A stretch of DNA of 64,000 nt, taken from an uncultured Spirochaetota bacterium (GTDB taxonomy: Bacteria > Spirochaetota > Brevinematia > Brevinematales > JAOACQ01). Under the pieces are notes generated by a model that saw nothing but the letters and a program-made list of their open reading frames with translations, searched no databases and had not been told where the DNA came from. Within the stretch, counting starts at the first letter, position 1, and every line of letters starts with the position of its first letter. The position numbers were made by a program, and so were the translations under genes. Below, piece by piece: positions 41,262 through 52,283 of this stretch. The stretch spans positions 224,001-288,000 of the forward strand of contig CAWAOD010000014.1 in NCBI GenBank assembly GCA_963783575.1, in the 5' to 3' direction.

Positions 41262-41813
41262 GTGAGGATGGAAAGTTTTTTATTTTCCGGTGTTTTTTGG
41301 GGTGGTATTTTAGTTCTTTGGGGTATTTCTATTATAATAAATACAATGTTTCATGTAAATATTCCAATCTTTAGAATTATACTGGCATTTATATTTGTAT
41401 ATATTGGTTTCAAAATGCTCTGGGGCGGTTATAAATTCGGCAGTAAAGTTGAAAGGAATACGGTTATTTTCAGTGATACCCGAATGAAGTTTAATCCATC
41501 AGATGAAAATAACGAATATAATGTAATTTTTGGGAAGAGTGAACTGGATCTTACCGGGATATCAGTAGCCAATAAAAGTGAGAGAATCAGGGTTAACGTT
41601 ATTTTTGGAGAAGGCATAGTTGAAGTAAATCCCGATACTCCTCTTAAAGTTGATGCAAGTGCTGTATTTGCAGGCGCATTTACTCCCGATGAAACTGTAA
41701 CTTCTTTCGGGCATCATATATATCGTTCACCGAGTTATAAAAAAGATGAAAATTCTCTGGAGATTGAAGCAAATTGTGTATTTGGCGGTGTCCGCATACT
41801 TAATAGAAAATAG
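41262..41813 (+). CDS. LiaF-like cell-envelope stress protein (TM region plus DUF2154-like beta domain)
   Basis: FWGGILVLWG TM helices; FGKSELDLT and ANCVFGGVRI repeats. Start is GTG 41262 or ATG 41268 after GGAGG. Confidence 0.7.
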   Translation: MRMESFLFSGVFWGGILVLWGISIIINTMFHVNIPIFRIILAFIFVYIGFKMLWGGYKFGSKVERNTVIFSDTRMKFNPSDENNEYNVIFGKSELDLTGISVANKSERIRVNVIFGEGIVEVNPDTPLKVDASAVFAGAFTPDETVTSFGHHIYRSPSYKKDENSLEIEANCVFGGVRILNRK

Positions 41814-41815
41814 CT

Positions 41816-42499
41816 TTATTCTTTTTTATATTTTTCACAAGAATTATGCGCTAATTGTACAGGAAGCGGCAGTTTATAGTTAGTAATCAGTTTTTTTACA
41901 ATTTCAAGAGAACTTTGAGGAGATACTTTATATCCCGTTGATATGAAAATCGGCTTAATGTTTTCCTTTGATCTCAATACATAACCTACTAATAATCCGT
42001 TTACGGTCAATTCGGTAATTGAGAATTTTTTATTTTCCGGCATTTTAAATCCGTCGCTGTATAAATGTGATTTTGCACAGCCAATTGTTGGCTTATCCAG
42101 TAATATGCCGGACATAGTGGCAATACCCATCATTCTCTGATGAGATAAACCCTGCCCATCAAATATAATAATATCAGGAATAATTTTTATTTTTTCATAA
42201 GCTTCATAGAATACAGGAAATTCTCTATAAAACAATAATCCAGGGATGTATGGAAAATTTATACTATTGTTAGAATATGATTCTTCGATTACAATCATCC
42301 GATCGGCATTAACAATAATTATCGCGCAATAACATTTTTCTTTCGTATATGCAAGATCAACACCGGCGATAATTTTAGAAGCGCTGTATTCATCTTTTAG
42401 AGAAATGTACTGCTCCATTTCTTTTTGAAATTTGATTGCTTCATCTATTTTTTTGCTTTTTGATATTTCCAGGACTTTTTGTATATAATCATATTTCAT
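41816..42499 (-). CDS. nfi: Endonuclease V
   Basis: AGVDLAY, FPYIPGLLFYRE, DGQG, IGCAKS and PIFISTG motifs. Confidence 0.93.
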   Translation of the reverse strand: MKYDYIQKVLEISKSKKIDEAIKFQKEMEQYISLKDEYSASKIIAGVDLAYTKEKCYCAIIIVNADRMIVIEESYSNNSINFPYIPGLLFYREFPVFYEAYEKIKIIPDIIIFDGQGLSHQRMMGIATMSGILLDKPTIGCAKSHLYSDGFKMPENKKFSITELTVNGLLVGYVLRSKENIKPIFISTGYKVSPQSSLEIVKKLITNYKLPLPVQLAHNSCEKYKKE

Positions 42500-42600
42500 C
42501 TTAATTCCTTTTTTGCAATTATTTTATATTTTAAATATAATAAAATAAGAGTAAAAAAATTACTACTATTTAATCAATAGTTATTTATAGAGGCCTTTTT

Positions 42601-43131
42601 ATGTTTAAACTTGGTATTATAGGATTGATATTTTGTCTATTTTTCATTTTTGGCTGCAGCATTAAATTTAAAACAAATCTTAATAGAGACAGAGATTATC
42701 CTGATTTAATATTAAATGATTTTAAATACATTTCAGCCGAAACATCGGGAAAAAGGGAATGGGAATTGCGTGCAAGCGAAGCTAAAATGTATAATACCAG
42801 AAATCAGGTATATTTGTATAATCTGGTTATGACTTTTTTTAATGAAAGCAATACAATAAAATCTTTCCTATCAGCCAACAGCGGCTTTGTAAATAAGGAT
42901 AATATGAATCTGATAGCAGAGGGAAAAGTAAAGATACTTTCTGATAATAAGGCTATTCTTGAAGCTAATCGAGTATACTGGGACAATAAAAAAAAGATAT
43001 TCTACAGTGATCCCGATGAGTTTGTAACCTTAATAAGAGGGAATACCATTATATCAGGTTATAATATGATTGCCGATTCTGAACTGAAAGAAGTAACTAT
43101 TGAAAGAGGAAAAGCCAAAATTAATGAATAA
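42601..43131 (+). CDS. lptC: LPS export periplasmic protein LptC (possible lipoprotein)
   Basis: WELRASEAKMY, LSANSG and LEANRVYWD beta-jellyroll pattern; N-terminal FIFGC lipobox-like sequence. Confidence 0.78.
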   Translation: MFKLGIIGLIFCLFFIFGCSIKFKTNLNRDRDYPDLILNDFKYISAETSGKREWELRASEAKMYNTRNQVYLYNLVMTFFNESNTIKSFLSANSGFVNKDNMNLIAEGKVKILSDNKAILEANRVYWDNKKKIFYSDPDEFVTLIRGNTIISGYNMIADSELKEVTIERGKAKINE

Positions 43132-44161
43132 ACTGATTTTTAAAATGGACTTCAAAGGTTCCTTATTATTTCTAATTTTAATTTTTTGCTATTATTTTAT
43201 TTTTGCCCAGGCAGCGAAAGAAACCAATAAAGAACCTATCAATCTGATTTCAGGTTTATCAACATATAAATGGGATATTAAGAAATGGATACTTGAATAC
43301 ACAAATAATATTGGTCCTGTTATTGTTCAGGGTGAGAGTATGTTGAAAGCCAACATGATGATATATAATGAAAATACCGAGGTCGGCTTTGCATATGGTA
43401 ATGTTTATTATGAAAATAAAAAAGACCGGAACATTTTAACCTCAGAAGAGGGAACTTATAACGGTAAAATTAAGGAAATTATAGCTAATAAAAATCCTGT
43501 TATCATTATGCAGAATGATAATACCGTTGCTAAAAGCGATATCATAAAAATATATCCTAATAAGGATTTAACTTATTTAATCGGAAATGTGTGGATAACA
43601 AATTCCAATAATATAATACTCGGAGAACAAGCGATTTTAAATCAGAAGACCGGTAAGTTTAATATTATAGGAAATGCGAAATCAATTCAAAAAGATTCAG
43701 TTCTTACTGCAGATAAAATAGACATTTATTCAACTAACAAACAGCTTGCAAGCTATACCGCTACAGGGCATGTCGTGCTTAATGATAAAGTACAGGGTTA
43801 TATAATTAATTCCGGTAGACTGGATTATTATAAAGAATTGGGTTATTCAAAAATAAGTATAAATCCCGTTATTACATTTACAAGTAATAATATTACTGCA
43901 TATTCTATAGTCATGGAAAAATATGATAAAGAGGATAAAGCTAATTTACTGGGGAATGTTATTATCATTCAGAATAATAAAAAAGCGTTTTCTAAATGGG
44001 GTGAATATTATACAAAAACAAAAAAAATGTATTTAACGGGCAATCCGATTCTGGTTGAAGGCAATACTAAGTTTGCTGCTCAGAAAATTATGGTTGATAT
44101 TGAAGCGGGAACCATGAGTATGATAGGAAAAGGCATTGGTTTTTATCAATACAAGAAATAA
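43124..44161 (+). CDS. Extended LptA/OstA-family beta-jellyroll protein
   Basis: Repeated GNV/GNP beta-taco motifs; signal peptide; overlaps the lptC stop. Confidence 0.75.
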   Translation: MNKLIFKMDFKGSLLFLILIFCYYFIFAQAAKETNKEPINLISGLSTYKWDIKKWILEYTNNIGPVIVQGESMLKANMMIYNENTEVGFAYGNVYYENKKDRNILTSEEGTYNGKIKEIIANKNPVIIMQNDNTVAKSDIIKIYPNKDLTYLIGNVWITNSNNIILGEQAILNQKTGKFNIIGNAKSIQKDSVLTADKIDIYSTNKQLASYTATGHVVLNDKVQGYIINSGRLDYYKELGYSKISINPVITFTSNNITAYSIVMEKYDKEDKANLLGNVIIIQNNKKAFSKWGEYYTKTKKMYLTGNPILVEGNTKFAAQKIMVDIEAGTMSMIGKGIGFYQYKK

Positions 44162-44183
44162 ACTAATTTGTTCGGAGGTATAA

Positions 44184-45032
44184 TTGGGAATTACGGAGCG
44201 CCCCGAAATTATAGAAAGTTTTGAGAAACTTGGTTTAAGCACTAATGAAGCCAAAGTTTACCTTGCTCTTCTGGAAAACCACCCGATTACGGGCTATCAG
44301 CTTAGTAAAAACAGCGGAATTCTACGTCCTGTTGTATACGAAATGCTTAACAGGCTGGTTGAAAAGGGTGGTGCCCGGATAATAAAATCAAACCCCGATA
44401 CATATATTCCGGTTGATATAGATGAGTTTTTAAAAAATATAGAAATTGATTACACTGATGCTAAAAAGAATATTTTTAAAACATTAAAGGACTTTCTTAT
44501 AATTGATAATACTGATTATTTCTGGAATATAATCGGTAGAAAAAACATTATTAATTCTCTTTTAATGATGATTGAGAGGGCCAAATCGGAAATTTATATT
44601 AATATCAACTCTCAGGATTTTCTTGACAATATTATAAAAAAATTGGAAGAAAAGCTTAAGGAATCAGTAGAAATTAATATATTCTCATATTATTTACTTG
44701 AAGCGAAAGGAATTACATTATATTCTTATAAACTTGACCAGCTTTTTAAAGCGGATGAGTTTTCACAGGACTTTATTTTAATTTGTGTTGATGGATTAGA
44801 ATCGATCATTGTAAATATGAGCGATGAAAAAACAGCTAAAGCTGTTTATAGTAAAAATCAGGCAATGGTTAAAAATATTAGGGTTAATATTATTAATAAT
44901 ATATATTTATATCGTATCTGGACTTATCTTGGTACGGATAGACTGAAAAGTTTAATTAATAACGATGATAGAAAACTCCTTGAAAGAATAGAGAAATATC
45001 TCTTAACAAGTGTTCCGAGTAGGCCGGAATAA
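44184..45032 (+). CDS. TrmB-family transcriptional regulator
   Basis: LGLSTNEAKVYLALL..TGYQLSK..RPVVYEMLNRLVEKG wHTH, followed by an effector domain. Confidence 0.88.
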   Translation: MGITERPEIIESFEKLGLSTNEAKVYLALLENHPITGYQLSKNSGILRPVVYEMLNRLVEKGGARIIKSNPDTYIPVDIDEFLKNIEIDYTDAKKNIFKTLKDFLIIDNTDYFWNIIGRKNIINSLLMMIERAKSEIYININSQDFLDNIIKKLEEKLKESVEINIFSYYLLEAKGITLYSYKLDQLFKADEFSQDFILICVDGLESIIVNMSDEKTAKAVYSKNQAMVKNIRVNIINNIYLYRIWTYLGTDRLKSLINNDDRKLLERIEKYLLTSVPSRPE

Positions 45033-45124
45033 ATACTAACTTACATTATTTAGTCGATTTCTGATTATTTAATAAATAGAAAAGAAAGATATGTTATTCT
45101 GCCGATAATAAATTGGAGAAAAAA

Positions 45125-45991
45125 ATGGAAATTAAAACTGATGAAGTTTTAAGGGTTTATGAAAAATACAGCGATGAACAAATACCAATAGTTTATTTAT
45201 CAGATAATTATGTACAAAATGACAACAACTTAATTTCATTATTAAAAGGGACAAATTTTGATTCATCACATTATGAACTATTAAAAAAAGCAAATATTGC
45301 TAAACTGAATATAGTTTATAATGAGAGATTGTTTGCAAAACTGGTTGCCTGTTTCCCGGTAACATACAGGCTTCCTATAGGTAGAAAAAATATTATAGAA
45401 ATTGACAGGATTATTAATAGCTTAGAAGATGCCAATGGATTATCAAAACGGAAAAGGAATCTTATAACTGTCTGCGAACTATATAAAAAAGGAGATGAGA
45501 ATTCGTTTGAACCCATCCTTCATTTTGGAGATAAATTGAATTATAAAAAATGGAATGACATCAAGGTTAATCTCAATAGAAATGCAGTAATAGATTATCG
45601 TCTGGATGAATGTGGGATAATAATTTTTTATTTATTAAACTCCAATGATTCATATTATGCCCAGAAATTTATGAGATTTACTGATCTGGTGTCGGTAATC
45701 GTAGAGAGTAAAAATACAGGTGTGACTATATCTCAGGATTTTATCCCAGAGAGTGATGTTTATACAGTTAATGATAAAACAAAATTACTTGAAGTCTATA
45801 ATGATACTAAAGCTTCTTTAATTATTATTGGTGAAGATTTAAACGAGGATTATAAAATTGCTTTAAACCAGATTAAATTATTTGACCGCTTTGCAAGGAT
45901 GATGGTCATTAAGAATACTGATACTACACAAAAAATTGATATATTAAATAAAATTAAACAGGTCTATGGTATTGCTGTATGGGAAGAATAA
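45125..45991 (+). CDS. Hypothetical protein; C-terminus resembles a degenerate receiver-like fold
   Basis: ~288-aa ORF with GGAG RBS. The receiver-like resemblance is weak. Confidence 0.55.
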   Translation: MEIKTDEVLRVYEKYSDEQIPIVYLSDNYVQNDNNLISLLKGTNFDSSHYELLKKANIAKLNIVYNERLFAKLVACFPVTYRLPIGRKNIIEIDRIINSLEDANGLSKRKRNLITVCELYKKGDENSFEPILHFGDKLNYKKWNDIKVNLNRNAVIDYRLDECGIIIFYLLNSNDSYYAQKFMRFTDLVSVIVESKNTGVTISQDFIPESDVYTVNDKTKLLEVYNDTKASLIIIGEDLNEDYKIALNQIKLFDRFARMMVIKNTDTTQKIDILNKIKQVYGIAVWEE

Positions 45992-46458
45992 AATTGAGTA
46001 ATATTTTCAGCAAATTTTTTGGGAATATTCTCTGGTTGAATATAAAGCGTTTTAAAATTCATATATTTTGGAGAATTCTATTAATCCTGATTAATTTTAT
46101 GCTTTTTTATTCAACAATATTACCAGTTTCAATATCAGTAATTTATTATATATTTGCAATAATTACATTGTCTAATCTTTTATTTATTTATATAAGAATT
46201 TATTCGGAAGGTGATTCCATTATTCTTATGCGAAGTTTTGGAGCCTCAAAAACTTTTATAATATTGGATACTGTTATTGAAATTGTGCTTGAGATTTTAA
46301 TAGCCGCAATATTGTTTTCATTTATTTATATTTATAGTAAACATGTATTTAATTATTTGATATTATTATTATTTCAAATTTTAATTGTTTCAATAATTAC
46401 ACCGATTTTCACGATTATTGAAATTTTTAATCTTGAAAAAAATGAGAAAGATTTATAA
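45979..46458 (+). CDS. Minimal FtsX-like ABC permease
   Basis: Four hydrophobic helices, LMRSFGASKTFI coupling-helix motif, and position directly upstream of an ABC ATPase. Confidence 0.6.
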   Translation: MGRIKLSNIFSKFFGNILWLNIKRFKIHIFWRILLILINFMLFYSTILPVSISVIYYIFAIITLSNLLFIYIRIYSEGDSIILMRSFGASKTFIILDTVIEIVLEILIAAILFSFIYIYSKHVFNYLILLLFQILIVSIITPIFTIIEIFNLEKNEKDL

Positions 46459-46471
46459 TTGAGGTTAATAA

Positions 46472-47158
46472 ATGGATATAAAGCTTATAAATATTTCAAA
46501 AAAATATCAATCTACTGATAATACCTTTATAAGTTCTTTGGAATCAATAAATATAGATATAAACTATGGGAATTATATTTCTTTTGTTGGGCCAACCGGA
46601 AGCGGTAAAACAACATTATTAAACATAATAACTGGAAATTTAAAACCGACATCAGGCGATGTTTTTTGGGGAAAATATTCGTTAATGAAAAGCCTTTCAA
46701 AGGATATTTTTTTGATAAGAAGAAGAAAATTCGGAATAATATTTCAGGAAGCAAACTTCATAAATGAGATTAATATTGAAGATAATATTTTATTACCACT
46801 TGTCATTAATTATGTAAGTATTTCCGATAAAATAAAATATTTTAATACTTTAATTGAAAGTTTAAATATTTCTTATTTAAAAAAAAGATACCCGGTAGAG
46901 TTAAGCGGCGGAGAGAGAAAAAAAGTGGCTATTGCCAGAGCGCTTATAAATAATCCCGAAGTGCTTATCGCTGATGAACCGACAGCTAATCTTGACGATA
47001 AGTCCGCAAAAGAGGTTTTTAATATATTCAGTAATCTTAATAAATTAGGCATTACGATTGTCATTGCCACGCATGATGTACGCTTCGGTTCATACTGTAA
47101 GGAAACTTATTATATTCTTAAAGGAAAAATTGAAAGATTTTCCAGTAAAGAAATATAA
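46472..47158 (+). CDS. ABC transporter ATP-binding protein (LolD/FtsE/MacB type)
   Basis: GPTGSGKT, LSGGE, ADEPTANLD and ATHD motifs. Confidence 0.92.
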   Translation: MDIKLINISKKYQSTDNTFISSLESINIDINYGNYISFVGPTGSGKTTLLNIITGNLKPTSGDVFWGKYSLMKSLSKDIFLIRRRKFGIIFQEANFINEINIEDNILLPLVINYVSISDKIKYFNTLIESLNISYLKKRYPVELSGGERKKVAIARALINNPEVLIADEPTANLDDKSAKEVFNIFSNLNKLGITIVIATHDVRFGSYCKETYYILKGKIERFSSKEI

Positions 47159-47279
47159 TAACAAATGTGTCCCTTTATCTTACTCAGTGTAACTGCTAGA
47201 TCAATATTGATTAAAGAAGTTAATTTCAAAATGATAAATGGGCGGTTATAAAATCTCATTACCCTTAAAAGGAAAATTA

Positions 47280-48311
47280 ATGAATTATTTTATTGGTTTA
47301 TTTACATATATTTCAGGGAATAGAAACATTCAGGTACTTCTGTTAATATTATGTTTGATAATAATCGTCAAGATTGTAGAAATAATTTTAATAAACTTAA
47401 AATCAAAATGGTTTATAAAAGGAAAATCTAACCTTATATCTGGGACTCATTTTTTTTTAAGATTCATTATTATCAGTATTGTTTTGATATTATTAACAAT
47501 TATTGATTATTTAAAAATCGAAAAAGAAATATTAAATATAATAAATAAAACCTTTAATAGCTTTATTATTTTTTTATTATATCTTATATCAAAAGATGCG
47601 ATTAGTTTAATATTTAAATCAATTTCTTCAACAGTTTTATTAAGAAAAATTGCATTTTTAAGAAATAAAAATTTATTTGATTTATCTTATAAATTTTCCC
47701 ATATTACGCTGATTCTTATTACTGTTACTTTAATTTTTGGCCTCTGGAATGTACAGATCGGCCCTATACTAACAGGATTAGGCATAGCCGGTTTAGCAGT
47801 CGGTCTGGCTATTCAGGATTCATTATCAAATATTTTCGGCGGAATTTCACTGATTTTAGATGATGCTTTTGCTGAGGATGATTATGTTGAACTTCCAAAT
47901 GGAGAAACAGGTGTTATATATTCAATAGGTTACAGAAGCACAAAAATTAAAACATTCAGTGAAGAAATTATTATTGTTCCGAATGGTAAACTTGCTCAGA
48001 TGAATATTAAAAATCTTTCAAGACCTGCAAAATATTACAGACTAACACTGGATATCTCAGTTGAATACGGTAATAATATTGACCATATCAAAGATATTAT
48101 TATAAATGTTATTAAAAATATTGATGGAATACTGGATTTTCCTGAACCTTCAGTACTTATAACAAAAATTGCAAATTTATCAATAGATTTTAAATTATCA
48201 GTTAGTATAAGAAGTCCTTTTGACAAGGCTCAAAAAACAGATAGAATATATTCGGATATCTATAATAAATTTATTGAACTGGGAATAAAAGTCCCGGCCC
48301 CTTCAAAATAA
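47280..48311 (+). CDS. Small-conductance mechanosensitive channel (MscS family)
   Basis: GLGIAGLAVGLAIQDSLSNIFGG, IGYRSTKI and IVPNG motifs. Confidence 0.92.
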   Translation: MNYFIGLFTYISGNRNIQVLLLILCLIIIVKIVEIILINLKSKWFIKGKSNLISGTHFFLRFIIISIVLILLTIIDYLKIEKEILNIINKTFNSFIIFLLYLISKDAISLIFKSISSTVLLRKIAFLRNKNLFDLSYKFSHITLILITVTLIFGLWNVQIGPILTGLGIAGLAVGLAIQDSLSNIFGGISLILDDAFAEDDYVELPNGETGVIYSIGYRSTKIKTFSEEIIIVPNGKLAQMNIKNLSRPAKYYRLTLDISVEYGNNIDHIKDIIINVIKNIDGILDFPEPSVLITKIANLSIDFKLSVSIRSPFDKAQKTDRIYSDIYNKFIELGIKVPAPSK

Positions 48312-48335
48312 TACTTTTTTATTGGAGAATGATCA

Positions 48336-50417
48336 ATGAGAAAAAACTATCTTGGGCATATATTCTTTAATCTTACTATAATCCTGATTGCGTTTATTAT
48401 TTTTGTCTTTTTTGACATAAATATCAGTAAGGCAAATCAAATTTTAAATAATTCCAATTTTGAAAATACAGTAAAATTAATTACAATTGAATCGAATAAT
48501 AGTTTTTCAAACAAAATAGATTATGATTATAAAAATATTATACCTATGGAATGGAGTACAAATCATTATATCGATTATAATGAATTTAATGAAATTACAA
48601 ATCCAAATATTGTAAGGTTAAATAATAGCAATGAAATTGAGATTTCATTTTATTCTTTAAAAAATGCTTACTATCGATTTGAAATTCCAAAATTTATTTT
48701 ATCTAGAAATATAAGCTTAAAAAAAACTTATATTCAGATTTATAATGAAGGTATTCTTATACCAAGTTATTTAGGTCCTTCAAATATTTCTTTTACAGAA
48801 ATTGAAAATAGTAATTTTATTGCAAGCTGGTTTTATGGATTGAATCCTCCGATTGGAGATTATCAGGCCGTACTATTTATAAATAATAAGCCTTTGATCA
48901 CCAACAATTTTAAAATAATTCAAAGAGAACCCGTAAAGTTTAACAGAATGATGACATTTATTAATCTTGAATGGAACCAGGCAATAACAAACCGAAATAT
49001 TTACAATCATAATAATGAAAAGGTTAAATTTATCAATGGTCTTAAAGATTGGATGGATTATGGTGAAATTGATGCCTTTTTAACTTTGTCCGGCGAAACT
49101 ACAGGGTGGGGGAATATTACACCTGAAAAACCCTGGGAAAATTATCCGATAAAGAATCTTCAAATAATAGCAGAAGAGCTTCATAATAGCGGTAAGAAAG
49201 TTGGTGCGTATATTATGTGTTTTTATACTCCTCAGAATGGATGGAATAAAGCCGGTTACAAACCTGCAATGGGAGTATATTATGATGAACAGAGCGATTC
49301 ATTTAACGTCAATACAGGTAAATTTATTTCATTTAACGATAAGAAAAGGTTTAATGATATAGTTGAACTGGCTAGATATTTTAATAGTCTTCCTTATGTG
49401 GATTATATTGGTTTTGATTTTGTTAGATTTGGGGAATTAATTGGTTATGAAAACGCCGATGAATTTGTCAAAGATATGAATATAACGGTTCCTGATAATT
49501 GGAAAGATTATAATATTAATGATCAAATAATCTGGCTTGGTCAGAAGTTATGGCATAATTCAACAGGTTCAATTTCACAAAAATGGAAAGTTTGGATAGC
49601 TCATAAGACCGCTGATTTTATTTACAGGGTCAGGAAAGAGGCTAATCTGACAAAACCAATCTGGATTTTTTCTCTTGGGTGGAATCATGGCAGCGAGCAT
49701 GGGCAGGATCCATACTTTTTCCAGGATGCAGGTGTCTTTTCCGACTTTGTAATGCTCTACGAAGCTACCCCTGATATGATAGAAGCCATGAAGAAAAGCT
49801 GGTCTGAATATGTTGATAATTCCGACTTGAATTATATTCCAGGAAATCAGATTGATGCGGATTTATTAAAATCCGAATATAATAACAATCCAGTTGAAGA
49901 GTATTATCAGCGTTTGAATTCGGGGGTAGATTATGCTACCTATTTATCTAAAGGAATATTTATTCATGATATTTCACGGGCTTTTTGGGGCAGAAAAGGT
50001 ACTTATCCGTATAATGAATGGCTGATTTCTGGATTTTCTTCAGCAAGCTATGCTAGAATGCGGAATAATGAAATACCTTATAATATTAATATAGATACAA
50101 ATCAAATTAATAGTAAATTCGAAAATGTTATCTCAATTCCGGTTTCTATTGAATTTAAAAAAGATAAATTGTCAGAATTAAATGGTAAATCATTATATTT
50201 AGAAGTAATTGGTAATAATTCAATAAAAAAGATTGACATTTCTGAAAAAACTAATATAATATTAGTTGTAAATATAGGTCATAGGGAACAGGCAAATCGC
50301 TACTTTGCATTACGAAGCAAAATCGAAGGTTATCCTGCCTATTTTGTATTCGGTTATATAAATAATAAAAAATTGATTACAATAACTAAAGTTAGTAAGG
50401 TTATAAAAGATTTATAA
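48336..50417 (+). CDS. Membrane-anchored or exported putative glycoside hydrolase (TIM-barrel, GHL10/DUF4015-like)
   Basis: N-terminal hydrophobic helix; LHNSGKKVGAY, VDYIGFDFVRF, GQDP and MLY patterns. Confidence 0.55.
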   Translation: MRKNYLGHIFFNLTIILIAFIIFVFFDINISKANQILNNSNFENTVKLITIESNNSFSNKIDYDYKNIIPMEWSTNHYIDYNEFNEITNPNIVRLNNSNEIEISFYSLKNAYYRFEIPKFILSRNISLKKTYIQIYNEGILIPSYLGPSNISFTEIENSNFIASWFYGLNPPIGDYQAVLFINNKPLITNNFKIIQREPVKFNRMMTFINLEWNQAITNRNIYNHNNEKVKFINGLKDWMDYGEIDAFLTLSGETTGWGNITPEKPWENYPIKNLQIIAEELHNSGKKVGAYIMCFYTPQNGWNKAGYKPAMGVYYDEQSDSFNVNTGKFISFNDKKRFNDIVELARYFNSLPYVDYIGFDFVRFGELIGYENADEFVKDMNITVPDNWKDYNINDQIIWLGQKLWHNSTGSISQKWKVWIAHKTADFIYRVRKEANLTKPIWIFSLGWNHGSEHGQDPYFFQDAGVFSDFVMLYEATPDMIEAMKKSWSEYVDNSDLNYIPGNQIDADLLKSEYNNNPVEEYYQRLNSGVDYATYLSKGIFIHDISRAFWGRKGTYPYNEWLISGFSSASYARMRNNEIPYNINIDTNQINSKFENVISIPVSIEFKKDKLSELNGKSLYLEVIGNNSIKKIDISEKTNIILVVNIGHREQANRYFALRSKIEGYPAYFVFGYINNKKLITITKVSKVIKDL

Positions 50418-50646
50418 TATCTTATTAATCTTCTTCTTTACTTTCAATTTCAATAATCAATTATAAATCTCTATATTAAATGTATAATAAATCTATACTT
50501 ATTTAATTTATCCAAATCTTGTTTGGTATTGAAAAATCATAGTCGTTATAAATTTTCCAACTATTTATTTATTATTTAGTGGGATGATATTGAAGCATTT
50601 TTAAAATTAGAATATAAATCAAACTAAAATTTAAGGGAGAATTTTT

Positions 50647-52110
50647 ATGCCAAAGAAAATCAAGCTGAAAAATGGGAATGAGAATGAAGAGCCATTATTA
50701 GAAATTGATAATAATGACATCATCACTAATGATAATATAATTAATAAGGATGCAGAAATTAGCAAAAATGGTGTTTTTACATCATATATTCATTCAAACG
50801 ATCCAGCCGAAGTAATGAAACAGGTTTTTACCGAAGACAAAAAAATCTATATTAATAAATTAAAACAATTATCAATAACTGAATTGACTATCATTGCTGA
50901 GAATATGAAGATTGAAAATTATGAATCCATGCATACTCAGGAAATGGTATATCAAATATTGCGTAAACATGCCGACAACGAAGGTATTATCTATGGAGGC
51001 GGTACATTGCAGGTCATTGAAGGAGGTTTTGGTTTTTTAAGGTCACAAAGATACAATTTTCTACCGAGTTCAGATGACATATATGTTTCACCTTCTCAAA
51101 TTTCACTCTTTAAATTAAGAACGGGTGATACAGTAGAAGGTCATATCCGACCACCAAAAAGAACTGAAGAAGAGAAATTTTTTGCACTTTTGAGAATTGA
51201 AAAAATTAATGATAAATCACCTGAAGAGGCAAGGAAGAGGACTTTGTTCGATAATTTAACCCCTCTTTTTCCGGATAAAAGTCTTGAACTTGAAGTAGAT
51301 TCAGATGAAATTGCAATGAGAATCATGGATTTATTCACCCCGATAGGAAAAGGGCAAAGAGGTTTGATAGTTTCACCTCCAAAAGCTGGTAAAACTGTAC
51401 TTTTAAAAAAAGTTGCAAACAGCATTACAAGTAATCATCCGGAAGTCCGGTTGATTATATTTCTTGTTGATGAGCGGCCAGAAGAAGTTACGGATATGCA
51501 GCGTTCGGTTCAAGCAGAAGTTTTAAGCTCAACTTTTGATGAACCTGCGGCTAAACATGTCCCTCGTAGCACAAATGGTTCTGGAAAAAGCAAAAAGACT
51601 TGTTGAAAGCGGTTATGATGTCGTAATTTTACTTGATTCTATTACTCGTCTGGCAAGAGCCTATAACCAGGTTGAACCTACAAGCGGTAAAGTTTTGTCT
51701 GGCGGAATTGATTCAAATGCTTTGCATAAACCTAAAAAATTCTTCGGTGCGGCAAGAAATATAGAAGAGGGGGAAGTCTTACTATAATTGCAACAGCATT
51801 GGTTGATACCGGCAGCAAGATGGATGAAGTAATCTACGAAGAATTTAAAGGAACAGGAAATATGGAAATACATCTTGATAGAAATCTTTCCAATATAAGA
51901 ATATTCCCTGCAATTGATATTAAAATGTCAGGGACCAGGCGTGAGGAATTATTAATGGACAATGATTCACTTGAAAAAGTTAGAATGTTGAGAAAGGTTT
52001 TTGCTTCAATGCCGAATGAAGAAATTATTCAAAAACTAACCACAGCTATGAAAAAGACATTAAACAATGAAGAATTTTTTAACAATATTCAATATTTTTC
52101 AAATTCTTAA
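50647..52110 (+). CDS. rho: Transcription termination factor Rho, split by two compensating apparent indels
   Basis: [52 protein letters not shown] and SGTRREELL motifs. There is an extra C at 51561-63 and a missing G at 51769-73. Confidence 0.93.
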
Positions 52111-52113
52111 ATT

Positions 52114-52142
52114 TTGACTAATCATTTTAAATAGTTTATAAT
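52114..52142 (+). promoter_or_regulatory. Putative sigma70 promoter of tRNA-Leu
   Basis: TTGACT-17 nt-TATAAT. Confidence 0.65.
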
Positions 52143-52154
52143 ACTTTTCGATTT

Positions 52155-52238
52155 GCCGGGGTGGTGGAATTGGTAGACACGCTAGCTTGAGGGGCTAGTG
52201 GGTGCAAACCTTTGTGAGTTCAAGTCTCGTCCCCGGCA
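52155..52238 (+). tRNA. tRNA-Leu(GAG), CCA not encoded
   Basis: Acceptor GCCGGGG/CCCCGGC, D-loop GGAATTGGTAGAC, anticodon stem CTAGC/GCTAG with loop TTGAGGG, long variable arm and TTCAAGT T-loop. Confidence 0.93.
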
Positions 52239-52283
52239 ATTTTTATTTGACCTAATAAATGTACCTGATTAAGGTTACATGCA

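Noticed and set aside
50647..52110. rho as a true pseudogene
   Set aside because: The two indels compensate, lie in homopolymers and all motifs are intact, matching the window-wide error pattern.
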